Origin: an uncultured Aquificales bacterium
GTDB taxonomy: Bacteria > Thermosulfidibacterota > Thermosulfidibacteria > Thermosulfidibacterales > Thermosulfidibacteraceae
Reading direction: 5' to 3'
Length of the DNA stretch: 15,286 nucleotides
Assembly: GCA_964411615.1 (NCBI GenBank)
Contig: CAYPLO010000036.1
Location: 1-15,286 of the forward strand
Position numbers and translations under genes: made by a program
In this document: piece by piece, positions 7,266-15,286 of the stretch
Layout of the letters: every line of letters starts with the position of its first letter
Position numbering within the stretch: position 1 is the first letter of the stretch
Notes under the pieces: generated by a model
Database searches by the model: none
What the model was told of the DNA's origin: nothing
The model's input: only the letters and a program-made list of their open reading frames with translations

Positions 7266-9222
7266 AGTAGCGCCTGTCGTACTGGCCCAGTATGTACATC
7301 TTAACGAAGGATGAGAGGAAAGGTTGCTCCGCCATCAGGTAGAGAAAGAGCCCACGGTCCGTCTGCCTGCCAACAAGGTAAAAGCCGTTGGGCTTCAGAT
7401 TGTCGGTGTAAACCTTATTTCCCTTCCTGAGGACAAAGGCCTTTATGGGAACCTGCCTCCTCTCCAAGGTTATCCAGACCCCGTTCTTCACATCTATCAC
7501 CCCAACATTGCAGATGAACAGCCCCCTCTTGGCCTCAATCCTGCAGGCTAAGGGCATTATGGGATTCCTCAGACCCTTCTGGGCGGCGATATCCCACGTT
7601 CCGAAGTAGTTTATCCATCCGAACTTGCCCACAAGGTCCTGGGTAAAGACCCAGTAGACAGGATGCTTCAAAGGTTTCGCGTACTTACCCGAGAATATCC
7701 TCCCCGCAATCTCCGCAGCAGAGACCCCCTCTTCCAGCCACTTCTTAACCTGGGTGTTCCCCACAGCGGAGATGGACTTTATTATCACATTGGCAAGCCT
7801 CTGGTCGGGAGTGGAGAAGGTTCTGGCCACAAAATAGGTGGTTTTTGGAGTGCCGTGGTCCCCTCCATCGTGGAAGGTTGCCCTTTCGGAGAGGTACTGT
7901 ATGGCGTATCCGTAATCCCACCAGGTCCATATCCAGGCGTCGGAAGGGGTCATCTCCTTGAGTTTCAGAAAGTCCGCTTCAAGGGCCGGAGTCACCCTGG
8001 GATAGGCCACAAAGCTGAAGGAGGGCCTATTCGCCAGAAGAACCACCGCCGCAACGAGGGCAAAGGCGCACCATAGCCCCGCATAACCTAAAGCTTCACG
8101 CCTCTTTCCGGCGTAGGCCACCAGCTTATCAAGAAGGTACCCGAAACCGGCCCCTACAAAGGGGGCAAGGAACATGCCGAATCTGTTGCCCCCCTTAAGG
8201 GCCATAAGGCCTATGAAGAACACGGGAAGAAGAAGCAGAACCTCCTTAAACCTTCTGAAGAAGAGCCCCCCAGCTCCCGCAAGGCCAATGATAAAGAGCC
8301 ACATATTGCCGCAGGTGACCTTGGCGAGGGTCCTCATATCAAAGTGCCTCAGCTCGCTTATGGACTGCTGCACATTGGGAAAACCGGATATAGAGGGGTG
8401 GAAGTAGTTGATAAGATAGCTCTTTATAGAGCCTACGAGATTAAATACCCCCACGCCAACGATGTAGGGGTTGAAAAAGAGAAGGGCAAAGAGCCAGTCC
8501 TTCCAGGGCAGAGGCCTCTTCTCCAGCTTAAACCTCACAAACTCCGCCACGAAGAAGAGACCTAAAAGGGCGTTGGTTATACCGGGGTGGAAGTACCACC
8601 AGTAGAAGAGCTGCCCCAGCACACCTGCACAGACAAGATACAGATACCTTCTCCTGCCCTCCGACTCCATGGCCAGGTGAAGAAAAAGGGCAATGGCAAA
8701 GGGGTAAAAGAGATTCAAAGAGTCCGTGTCAAACCTGACAATTGAGGTTCTTATCAGGTAGATGTAGCTCAAGGCCCCCACTAAGGCACCTGAGAAGGCA
8801 GTTGTGTAAAGCCCCATCCTCCAGAAGAAGATAACCAGAGGTATAACGAACAGCACAGAGAGAACCGGCGTGAAGTACATATCCACATTCTCTATGAAAG
8901 TCCCCTTCAGCTTGGCTATAAGGCCCGCCAGAAAGCTGGACATGGGAACTATAGAAGGATAGGTGATGTTGTCGGTAAGGTAGTTATCTGGAACGGACTT
9001 GAGAGGGTCCCTCTCCCCCGCCTTGTACTTTCCCTCAAAGAACTCCTTTCCCAAGCGGGCAAAGTAGAAGGCATCGTAGCTGGTGAAGAGGGCCCTGTTC
9101 TTATAAAAGAAGGTTTTTGGGCTCTTCTTCCACACAGATATATCGTTTAGCCTCACATACAACCCAAAAGCCACGGGAACCACAATGGCAAGAAGGAAAA
9201 GCGGAACAAGGCCCCTTCTCAT
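7213..9222 (-). CDS. pglB: STT3/PglB-family N-linked oligosaccharyltransferase
   Basis: Multi-TM N-terminal domain with catalytic SYDAFYF, RFDTD (DxD) and SISE (TIxE-like) motifs, and GNRF. C-terminal WWDYG (7909-7923) and FHDGG. ATG at 9222 overlaps the ispE stop (TGATG) with SD GGAGG; GTG 9225 is possible. Confidence 0.92.
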   Translation of the reverse strand: MRRGLVPLFLLAIVVPVAFGLYVRLNDISVWKKSPKTFFYKNRALFTSYDAFYFARLGKEFFEGKYKAGERDPLKSVPDNYLTDNITYPSIVPMSSFLAGLIAKLKGTFIENVDMYFTPVLSVLFVIPLVIFFWRMGLYTTAFSGALVGALSYIYLIRTSIVRFDTDSLNLFYPFAIALFLHLAMESEGRRRYLYLVCAGVLGQLFYWWYFHPGITNALLGLFFVAEFVRFKLEKRPLPWKDWLFALLFFNPYIVGVGVFNLVGSIKSYLINYFHPSISGFPNVQQSISELRHFDMRTLAKVTCGNMWLFIIGLAGAGGLFFRRFKEVLLLLPVFFIGLMALKGGNRFGMFLAPFVGAGFGYLLDKLVAYAGKRREALGYAGLWCAFALVAAVVLLANRPSFSFVAYPRVTPALEADFLKLKEMTPSDAWIWTWWDYGYAIQYLSERATFHDGGDHGTPKTTYFVARTFSTPDQRLANVIIKSISAVGNTQVKKWLEEGVSAAEIAGRIFSGKYAKPLKHPVYWVFTQDLVGKFGWINYFGTWDIAAQKGLRNPIMPLACRIEAKRGLFICNVGVIDVKNGVWITLERRQVPIKAFVLRKGNKVYTDNLKPNGFYLVGRQTDRGLFLYLMAEQPFLSSFVKMYILGQYDRRYFKLVYDNFPVMVVYKVL

Positions 9223-10061
9223 CACACAACCTCCAGCTTTATAAGCCCACCATCTGCATCCAGTTTGCCCCTCAAAGCCCCATAGACAGCAGAGCCGCTA
9301 CCCGACATGAGCACAAAGGGAAAGCCCATATTAAGAAGCCTCTCCTTCTCTTTTTTAACTGCCTCGTGCTCCTTAAACACGGGAATCTCAAGGTGGTTGA
9401 AGAACCTGCCTGCCCAGACAGCAGGGTCCCCAGACTTGAGCACCTCCACTATCTCCTCCCTGCTCAGAAGAGGATACTCAGAGAGTACCTCCTCCCTCAT
9501 CCCATCAAAAAGGGAAAAGGCCCTGGCGGTTGATACAGCAACAGGTGGGATAGAGAGATAGAAGCCAACAGAAGAGAAGTCCACATCCACAGGCTCCAGC
9601 ACCTCCCCCACCCCCTCGGCGTAAGCGACGGGAACATCTGCCACGAAAAAGGGAACATCCGCTCCTATGCGAGCAGAATCGGCCACAAGCCCATCATCGT
9701 ACTCTTTAAAGAACCTCACCAGGGCCCTTATGGTGGCTCCGGCATCGGCACTGCCACCACCGAGCCCCGACCCTGGCGGTATCCTCTTCTCAACAAGGAC
9801 CTTAGCCCCCCAACCCTTTATCCCGTACCTTGCCAGATACCACTTAACGGCTTTGTAAACCACATTATCCGGTCCCTGAGGGACCTTATAGTCCCCCAGT
9901 ATACGAACCTCCACCACAGGCTCCCTGAGAAACTCAACCATCACCAAATCGTAAAGGGAGACCCTCACAAAGACGGTAGAGAGGGTGTGATAGCCGTCCT
10001 CCCTCACACCTGTGATTTGAAGGTGCAGGTTCAATTTGGCATGGGCCCTTTCCTTCAGCAT
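9222..10061 (-). CDS. ispE: 4-diphosphocytidyl-2-C-methyl-D-erythritol kinase
   Basis: AKLNLHL..TG.REDGYH, GHMP loop KRIPPGSGLGGGSADA, IGADVPFF, GVGE, MSGSGS. Confidence 0.93.
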   Translation of the reverse strand: MLKERAHAKLNLHLQITGVREDGYHTLSTVFVRVSLYDLVMVEFLREPVVEVRILGDYKVPQGPDNVVYKAVKWYLARYGIKGWGAKVLVEKRIPPGSGLGGGSADAGATIRALVRFFKEYDDGLVADSARIGADVPFFVADVPVAYAEGVGEVLEPVDVDFSSVGFYLSIPPVAVSTARAFSLFDGMREEVLSEYPLLSREEIVEVLKSGDPAVWAGRFFNHLEIPVFKEHEAVKKEKERLLNMGFPFVLMSGSGSAVYGALRGKLDADGGLIKLEVV

Positions 10062-10115
10062 GTTTCCTGTGTATCAGAGGGAAGCAACAGGGGTCAATAC
10101 GGAGGGAGGTCGCCA

Positions 10116-11087
10116 ATGCGGAAGGTTCTATTGACGGGAGCTGCCGGCTTCATAGGCTACAAGACCGCAGAACTACTGCTAAAAAACGGATACCAGGTGG
10201 TGGGTGTGGACAATATGAACCACTACTACGACCCGAAGCTGAAGGAGTACCGGCTTCAGATGCTGAAAGGGCACAGGAACTTCACCTTCTACAGGCTGGA
10301 TATAGAGAACCTGGAAGCCCTGAGGGTGCTCTTTCAGGACCACCCCTTTGATGCCGTTATAAACCTGGCCGCAAGGGCGGGAGTGAGGTACAGCATAGAG
10401 AACCCGTTTGTGTACCTGAGCACCAACGCAACGGGGACCCTGAACCTCCTTGAGCTCATGAGGGAGTTCGGCGTAAAGAAGTTCGTGCTGGCATCCACCT
10501 CCTCCCTGTACGCGGGCCAGCCCATGCCCTTTAAGGAAGACCTTCCCGTAAACACCCCCATATCCCCCTATGCCGCCAGCAAGAAGGCCGCCGAGGTCAT
10601 GGCCTACACCTACCACTACCTTTACGGGATAGATGTCACCGTGCTCAGGTACTTCACCGTCTACGGTCCTGCGGGAAGGCCCGACATGAGCATATTCAGG
10701 TTCATAAAGTGGATGGACGAGGACTCACCCATAGAGGTTTACGGAGACGGCACTCAAAGTAGAGACTTCACCTACGTGGATGACATAGCCAGAGGAACCG
10801 TCAGGGCCCTTGAGGTGGCAACAGGATACGAAATCATAAACTTGGGAGGTAACCAGCCCCACAGCCTCAACCGTGTTATAGAGCTTATAGAGGAGAACCT
10901 GGGCAAAAAGGCGAAGATTGTGAACAGACCCTTCCACAAGGCCGACCTGAAGGCCACCTGGGCAGACATAGAGAAGGCAAAAAGGATACTGGACTGGAGC
11001 CCCCAGGTCCCCCTGGAGGAAGGGATAAGAAGAACGGTCCAGTGGCACATAGAGAACAGGGACCTGGTGAGGAGCGTCAGTCTTTAG
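10116..11087 (+). CDS. NAD-dependent nucleotide-sugar epimerase, UDP-glucuronate 4-epimerase-like extended SDR
   Basis: [25 protein letters not shown], catalytic [26 protein letters not shown]. Start moved from 9987 to ATG 10116 (SD GGAGGGAGGT at 10101-10110), which removes the overlap with ispE. Confidence 0.9.
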   Translation: MRKVLLTGAAGFIGYKTAELLLKNGYQVVGVDNMNHYYDPKLKEYRLQMLKGHRNFTFYRLDIENLEALRVLFQDHPFDAVINLAARAGVRYSIENPFVYLSTNATGTLNLLELMREFGVKKFVLASTSSLYAGQPMPFKEDLPVNTPISPYAASKKAAEVMAYTYHYLYGIDVTVLRYFTVYGPAGRPDMSIFRFIKWMDEDSPIEVYGDGTQSRDFTYVDDIARGTVRALEVATGYEIINLGGNQPHSLNRVIELIEENLGKKAKIVNRPFHKADLKATWADIEKAKRILDWSPQVPLEEGIRRTVQWHIENRDLVRSVSL

Positions 11088-11878
11088 TAGCCTGCACCCC
11101 CTACGAACCTCACCTCGTCTATAAAGGCGTACTCAAAGTACCAGCCGTTGGCCTGGATATCCATCTCCACATCCACCAGACCGTTGCCTTTTACCGGTAC
11201 CCTCACATCGTGCCAACCCCTGCCGTCAACAACCACCCGTTTCACAGGATACCCGTTCACCTTCACAACCATCACCCAGTCCCCGTTTCTGTTCCCGGCC
11301 ACCCTGAAGATGAGAACCCCTTCGCCATAAACCCGATAACTTCCCCTCAATACGGCAGGCTGAGTCCGGGAGACCGGATGTAGGTACAGCACACAGCCCT
11401 TTCCACCGGCAGGGGGCATGGCATCCCCTATATCCCTTGGAGGACACTTCCAGCCCCATCCCTCAGAGGAACGGGCTATCCTCCAGCTGGGTTTACTTAT
11501 AATCTTCCAGTGGGAGAACCATCCCTCCGGTCCAGCAGCCACGGGACCCCCCACGCCTCTAATCCTGTAAACGGAATTGGCCCAGAAACCACCGCATACC
11601 TGAGAGCTATCACCGGAACACCTCATATTGCAGTTGTTAACAGCCCCATAACGCCCGTAGCTATTGCCACAGAAACACTGGCTTCCATACTGCAAGCCTG
11701 CGTAGGCGTAGCCCTTGTGGGCACACATAAAGATACAGTCCTGAACCGTCATCTGCCTGCTGCTGAAGGAGTAACCCTTGAGGTCCCTGTCGGCAGTGTC
11801 TTTAAAGCAACCCACAAAGACCGCAGCCTCCGCGCTGTAGAAGAGCAGAGACAGTAGAATAACCAGCATAAACCTCAT
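11084..11878 (-). CDS. Secreted WSC-domain protein with a C-terminal beta-sandwich-like domain (264 aa)
   Basis: ATG 11878 with SD GAGGAGGG. Signal peptide [21 protein letters not shown] pattern FVGCFKD...MTVQDC...[18 protein letters not shown]...CNMRCSGD...CGG...NSVY with 8 Cys. Confidence 0.85.
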   Translation of the reverse strand: MRFMLVILLSLLFYSAEAAVFVGCFKDTADRDLKGYSFSSRQMTVQDCIFMCAHKGYAYAGLQYGSQCFCGNSYGRYGAVNNCNMRCSGDSSQVCGGFWANSVYRIRGVGGPVAAGPEGWFSHWKIISKPSWRIARSSEGWGWKCPPRDIGDAMPPAGGKGCVLYLHPVSRTQPAVLRGSYRVYGEGVLIFRVAGNRNGDWVMVVKVNGYPVKRVVVDGRGWHDVRVPVKGNGLVDVEMDIQANGWYFEYAFIDEVRFVGGAGY

Positions 11879-11951
11879 ACTACCCTCCTCTTGGCGGGAA
11901 AGGCCTGAACACCCCGTGAAGGGAGGAGTCCAGAAAATCCCGTTTTGATTC

Positions 11952-11980
11952 AAGATAAACCCCGCTTTCGTTGACTTCAA
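11952..11980 (-). promoter_or_regulatory. Putative sigma70 promoter for the WSC-protein gene
   Basis: Minus strand TTGAAG (11980-11975), 17-bp spacer, TATCTT (11957-11952). Confidence 0.55.
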
Positions 11981-11999
11981 GGCCATGTATGCCTAAACT
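11971..11999 (+). promoter_or_regulatory. Putative sigma70 promoter for the gltX operon
   Basis: TTGACT (11971-11976), 17-bp spacer, TAAACT (11994-11999), followed by SD AAGGAGG at 12022-12028. Confidence 0.7.
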
Positions 12000-12035
12000 A
12001 TCAAAACCCTCAAAAAACCTTAAGGAGGACCAAAT

Positions 12036-13457
12036 TTGGTGAAGGTGAGGTTCGCTCCAAGCCCCACAGGACACCTCCACATAGGAGGGGCCAGAACCGC
12101 CATATTCAACTGGCTCTTCGCCCGCCACAACAGGGGCAGATTCGTGCTGAGGATAGAAGACACCGACAGGAGCCGCTCCACAGAGGAGTACATCAAAGAG
12201 ATACTCAAGGCCTTAGAATGGCTGGGACTGGACTGGGACGAGGGTCCATACAGGCAGACGGAGAGGCTGGAGATATACAGGAGAGAGGCCGAGAGGCTGG
12301 TGAAGGAGGGTAAGGCCTACTACTGCTACTGCACTCCGGAGGAGCTGGAGCAGATAAGGGAGGAGAGCCGCAAAAGGTTCGGCATACCCAAATACGACGG
12401 CAGGTGCAGACACAGAACAGAGCCCAGAGAGGGGGTAAAACCCGTCATAAGGTTCAAGACCAATACCCAGGGAGAGACCGTCTTTGAGGACATAATAAAG
12501 GGGGTGATACGCTATCCCAACAGCCAGCTGGATGACTTCATCATAGTCCGTTCCGACGGCACCCCCACCTACAACTTCGTGGTGGTTGTGGACGATGCCC
12601 TCATGGGCATAACCCATGTGATAAGGGGAGACGACCACCTCAACAACACCCCCAAGCAGATACAGATATACAGGGCTCTGGGGTATCCCGTACCCAAGTT
12701 CGCCCATGTGCCCATGATACTGGGTCCTGACAGAACCAAACTCAGCAAGAGGCACGGTGCCACAAGCGTCCTGGCCTACAAAGAGGAAGGGTACCTTCCG
12801 GAGGCCCTCTTCAACTTCCTTGTGAGACTGGGCTGGTCCCACGGAGACCAGGAGATATTCAGCAAAGAGGAGCTGATAGAGCTCTTCACCTTAGAGGCCG
12901 TTGGAAAGTCCCCGGCGGTATTCAACCCAGACAAGCTGCTCTGGCTCAACCATCACTACATGAAGACCTATCCACCCGAAAAGCTGGCCGAGCTCCTTAA
13001 AGAGTTCCTGAAGAAGGAAGGGCTGGTTGAAACCCCCGAAAGCCTTGACTCCACCTGGCTGAAAGAGGTGGTCATTGCCTTCAGGGAGAGGGCCAAGACC
13101 CTTAAAGAGATGGCGAGACAGTGCGACTTTCTCTTCAAGGCACCTGAGGCCTACGACGAGAAGGGAGTGAAAAAGCTCTTTAAGCCCGAAACCGCCACAT
13201 ACCTGGAAGCTGTAGCCGACGAACTGGAAAAGGCGGAAATACTGACCAAGGAGACCATAGACCAGATATTCTCAAGGATTCTTGAGAGATTCGGCATAAA
13301 GCTCAAGGCCATAGCCCAGCCCATAAGGCTCGCCATAACGGGAAGGACCGTGAGCCCGGGGATACACGAGATAATAATCCTCACAGGCAAAGAGGAGGTT
13401 GTCAGACGGCTGAGAAGGGCCGTAGATTTTATAAAAACAAAACACGAGGGAGGGTAG
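12036..13457 (+). CDS. gltX: Glutamate--tRNA ligase
   Basis: [14 protein letters not shown] (HIGH), RIEDTD, CYC...[24 protein letters not shown] (KMSKS), and an anticodon-binding domain (IRLAITG..VSPG). TTG start with a strong SD. Confidence 0.97.
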   Translation: MVKVRFAPSPTGHLHIGGARTAIFNWLFARHNRGRFVLRIEDTDRSRSTEEYIKEILKALEWLGLDWDEGPYRQTERLEIYRREAERLVKEGKAYYCYCTPEELEQIREESRKRFGIPKYDGRCRHRTEPREGVKPVIRFKTNTQGETVFEDIIKGVIRYPNSQLDDFIIVRSDGTPTYNFVVVVDDALMGITHVIRGDDHLNNTPKQIQIYRALGYPVPKFAHVPMILGPDRTKLSKRHGATSVLAYKEEGYLPEALFNFLVRLGWSHGDQEIFSKEELIELFTLEAVGKSPAVFNPDKLLWLNHHYMKTYPPEKLAELLKEFLKKEGLVETPESLDSTWLKEVVIAFRERAKTLKEMARQCDFLFKAPEAYDEKGVKKLFKPETATYLEAVADELEKAEILTKETIDQIFSRILERFGIKLKAIAQPIRLAITGRTVSPGIHEIIILTGKEEVVRRLRRAVDFIKTKHEGG

Positions 13458-13459
13458 CC

Positions 13460-14017
13460 ATGGACTTCTGGGAGGTGATAAGGACCAGAAGGAGCATAAG
13501 AAAGTTCAAAGAGGACCCCATTCCTGACGAGGCCATTGATAAGATTCTTGAGGCTGTTAAGTGGGCACCATCCTGGGCAAACACCCAGTGCTGGGAGATT
13601 ATCGTTGTGAAGGACCCGGAGATAAAGAAACAGCTTCAGGAGACCCTTCCGCCAAACAACCCTGCCTACAGGGCCTGCGGACAGGCACCTGTTCTGCTTG
13701 TAGGTGTGGCAAAGAGAAACACCTCCGGATTCTACAAGGGCAAGGCGACCACCGACAAGGGAGACTGGTACATGTTTGATATGGGCATCGCCTTAGAGCA
13801 CGCCGTTCTTGCAGCCTGGGCGCTGGGGCTGGGGACGGTGCATGTGGGACTCTTTGACCACAAGAAGGCCGCAGAGATACTGAAGGTGCCAGAGGGATAC
13901 GAGGTGGTTGAGATAATCCCTGTGGGCTATCCCGACCAGAGCCCACCTGCACCCAGGAGAAGGGAGATAACAGAGTTCGCCCACCTTGATAGATTCGGAA
14001 ACCCATGGAGGAAGTGA
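13460..14017 (+). CDS. Nitroreductase-family flavoprotein
   Basis: FMN-binding [27 protein letters not shown] and PVGYP motifs. SD GGGAGGG upstream. Confidence 0.92.
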   Translation: MDFWEVIRTRRSIRKFKEDPIPDEAIDKILEAVKWAPSWANTQCWEIIVVKDPEIKKQLQETLPPNNPAYRACGQAPVLLVGVAKRNTSGFYKGKATTDKGDWYMFDMGIALEHAVLAAWALGLGTVHVGLFDHKKAAEILKVPEGYEVVEIIPVGYPDQSPPAPRRREITEFAHLDRFGNPWRK

Positions 14018-14334
14018 TGTTCTACAGGTGGGAAGGGGTGTCTCCAAAGGAGCCCGCAGAAGGCGTGAAGATGAGGGTAATAACGGGAAACAACGTTCAG
14101 ATGGTCCTGTTCGAGCTTGAGGAGGGAGCAGAAATCCCCACCCACTCTCACCCCCACGAACAGATGGGAACGGTGCTGAAAGGGAGGATACTGCTAAAAG
14201 TTGGAGGCGAAGAGAAGGTGCTGAGGGAGGGGGATGCGTACATCGCCCCTCCCAACACACCCCACAGCGGCAAAGCACTTGAAAAGAGCACAGTTCTGGA
14301 TGTATTCTCTCCACCAAGGGAAGAGTACAGATAG
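14017..14334 (+). CDS. Single-domain cupin protein
   Basis: Cupin motif 1 HSHPHEQ...V..G, motif 2 GD...PPNTPH, terminal [13 protein letters not shown] 14017 overlaps the upstream TGA and has SD GGAGG; preferred over 14005. Confidence 0.9.
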   Translation: MFYRWEGVSPKEPAEGVKMRVITGNNVQMVLFELEEGAEIPTHSHPHEQMGTVLKGRILLKVGGEEKVLREGDAYIAPPNTPHSGKALEKSTVLDVFSPPREEYR

Positions 14335-14343
14335 GAGGCTGAC

Positions 14344-15258
14344 ATGATAAAGGCCGACTACATCTGGTTCAACGGCGAGCTGATAAAGTGGGAGGAGGCA
14401 AATGTCCACATCCTCACCCACACCCTCCACTACGGTCTCGGTGTCTTTGAGGGGGTGAGGTGCTACAACACACCCAAGGGGCCCGCCGTATTCAGGCACC
14501 ACGAGCACATAGAGAGGCTCTTCAACTCCGCAAAGATAGTCTACATGAAGATACCCTACAGCATGGAAGAGATAAGAAGGGCCACCTTTGAGACCATAAA
14601 GGCCAACAACCTGAAGGAGTGTTACATAAGGCCCATAGCCTTCTACGGCACAGGAGCCATGGGGCTCAACCCCCTGAACAACCCGGTTAATGTGGCCATA
14701 ATCTGCTGGGAGTGGGGAGCCTACTTAGGTGAAGAGGGAATGAGAAAGGGAATCCGCTGCAAAATCTCCTCCTTCAACCGGCATCATGTGAACGTATCAA
14801 TGACAAAGGCAAAGGTCTGCGGAAACTATGTGAACTCCCAGCTCGCCAAAATAGAGGCGCTACAGGATGGGTATGATGAGGCCCTCATGCTGAACGTGGA
14901 CGGAACCGTTTCGGAGGGAAGTGGAGAGAACGTATTTGTGGTGAGAAAGGGTGTCATAAAGACCCCTCCTGCATCGGGAATACTGGAGGGAATAACCAGA
15001 GACAGCGTCATAACCATAGCTAAGGACCTTGGACTTGATGTGGTGGAGGCTCCCATAACAAGGGATGAACTCTACATCGCAGATGAGGTCTTCTTATGCG
15101 GAACCGCAGCCGAGATAACCCCGGTAAGGGAGATAGACAGAAGGACCATAGGAGCCGGAGAGCCCGGTCCCATAACCAGAAAGCTTCAGGAGGTCTTCTT
15201 CAAAGCTGTAAGAGGAGAAGACCCCAAGTACATGCACTGGCTGGACTTTGTGGAATAG
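14344..15258 (+). CDS. ilvE: Branched-chain amino acid aminotransferase (PLP fold IV)
   Basis: [17 protein letters not shown]-Lys in [28 protein letters not shown]. Confidence 0.96.
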   Translation: MIKADYIWFNGELIKWEEANVHILTHTLHYGLGVFEGVRCYNTPKGPAVFRHHEHIERLFNSAKIVYMKIPYSMEEIRRATFETIKANNLKECYIRPIAFYGTGAMGLNPLNNPVNVAIICWEWGAYLGEEGMRKGIRCKISSFNRHHVNVSMTKAKVCGNYVNSQLAKIEALQDGYDEALMLNVDGTVSEGSGENVFVVRKGVIKTPPASGILEGITRDSVITIAKDLGLDVVEAPITRDELYIADEVFLCGTAAEITPVREIDRRTIGAGEPGPITRKLQEVFFKAVRGEDPKYMHWLDFVE

Positions 15259-15273
15259 AAGCTGGAGAAGGAG

Positions 15274-15286
15274 ATGGGCTACGCAA
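15274..15286 (+). CDS. Possible start of the next gene (MGYA...), product unknown
   Basis: ATG preceded by GGAGAAGGAG, 15 nt after the ilvE stop. Only 4 codons are visible. Confidence 0.35.

Noticed and set aside
9987..10115. N-terminal extension of the epimerase ORF given in the track
   Set aside because: It overlaps ispE head-to-head. The Rossmann motif starts right after ATG 10116, which has a strong SD.
11084..11878. WSC protein (or LptA/LptC) as the local PglB substrate
   Set aside because: I found no N-x-S/T sequon in any of the three proteins on manual inspection.
11945..11980. FNR/CRP-type binding site
   Set aside because: The half-site spacing (TTGA-N1-2-TCAA) does not fit TTGAT-N4-ATCAA.
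11879..11986. 36-aa N-terminal extension of the WSC ORF given in the track
   Set aside because: The signal peptide and SD point to ATG 11878, and the extension runs through the predicted promoters.
12036..13457. Calling GltX discriminating or non-discriminating
   Set aside because: Single-residue signatures are not reliable by eye. The call needs the genome's glnS/gatCAB/gltX2 content.
1..15286. tRNA/rRNA genes, CRISPR arrays, IS elements, tandem repeats
   Set aside because: The window is almost entirely coding and the largest gap is 157 bp. I saw no cloverleaf, repeat-spacer pattern, transposase or terminal inverted repeats. The tRNA-Gln/prs often found after ispE is absent here.

Overview
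Gene-dense window from a diderm (LPS-producing) bacterium. Frequent AGG/AGA-Arg and ATA-Ile codons and Glu/Lys/Arg-rich proteins suggest a thermophile, possibly Aquificota-like; this is an impression, not a computed assignment. Layout: (-) kdsC-lptC-lptA-lptB(partial); (+) a tightly coupled operon of HD-domain tRNA nucleotidyltransferase, GcvH-like protein, RsmF/NOL1-type m5C methyltransferase and mqnE-mqnA-mqnC; (-) ispE-pglB (STT3 oligosaccharyltransferase); (+) nucleotide-sugar epimerase; (-) secreted WSC-domain protein; (+) gltX-nitroreductase-cupin-ilvE. I saw no RNA genes, CRISPR arrays or mobile elements. The most notable items are: a GcvH homologue with Arg in place of its lipoyl-Lys, joined to the methyltransferase through a hairpin that hides the methyltransferase RBS and start codon; a bacterial secreted protein with an 8-Cys WSC domain typical of eukaryotes; an orphan PglB with a DK-like motif; a nucleotidyltransferase with CC-adding signatures; and two back-to-back promoters sharing one palindromic -35 element.
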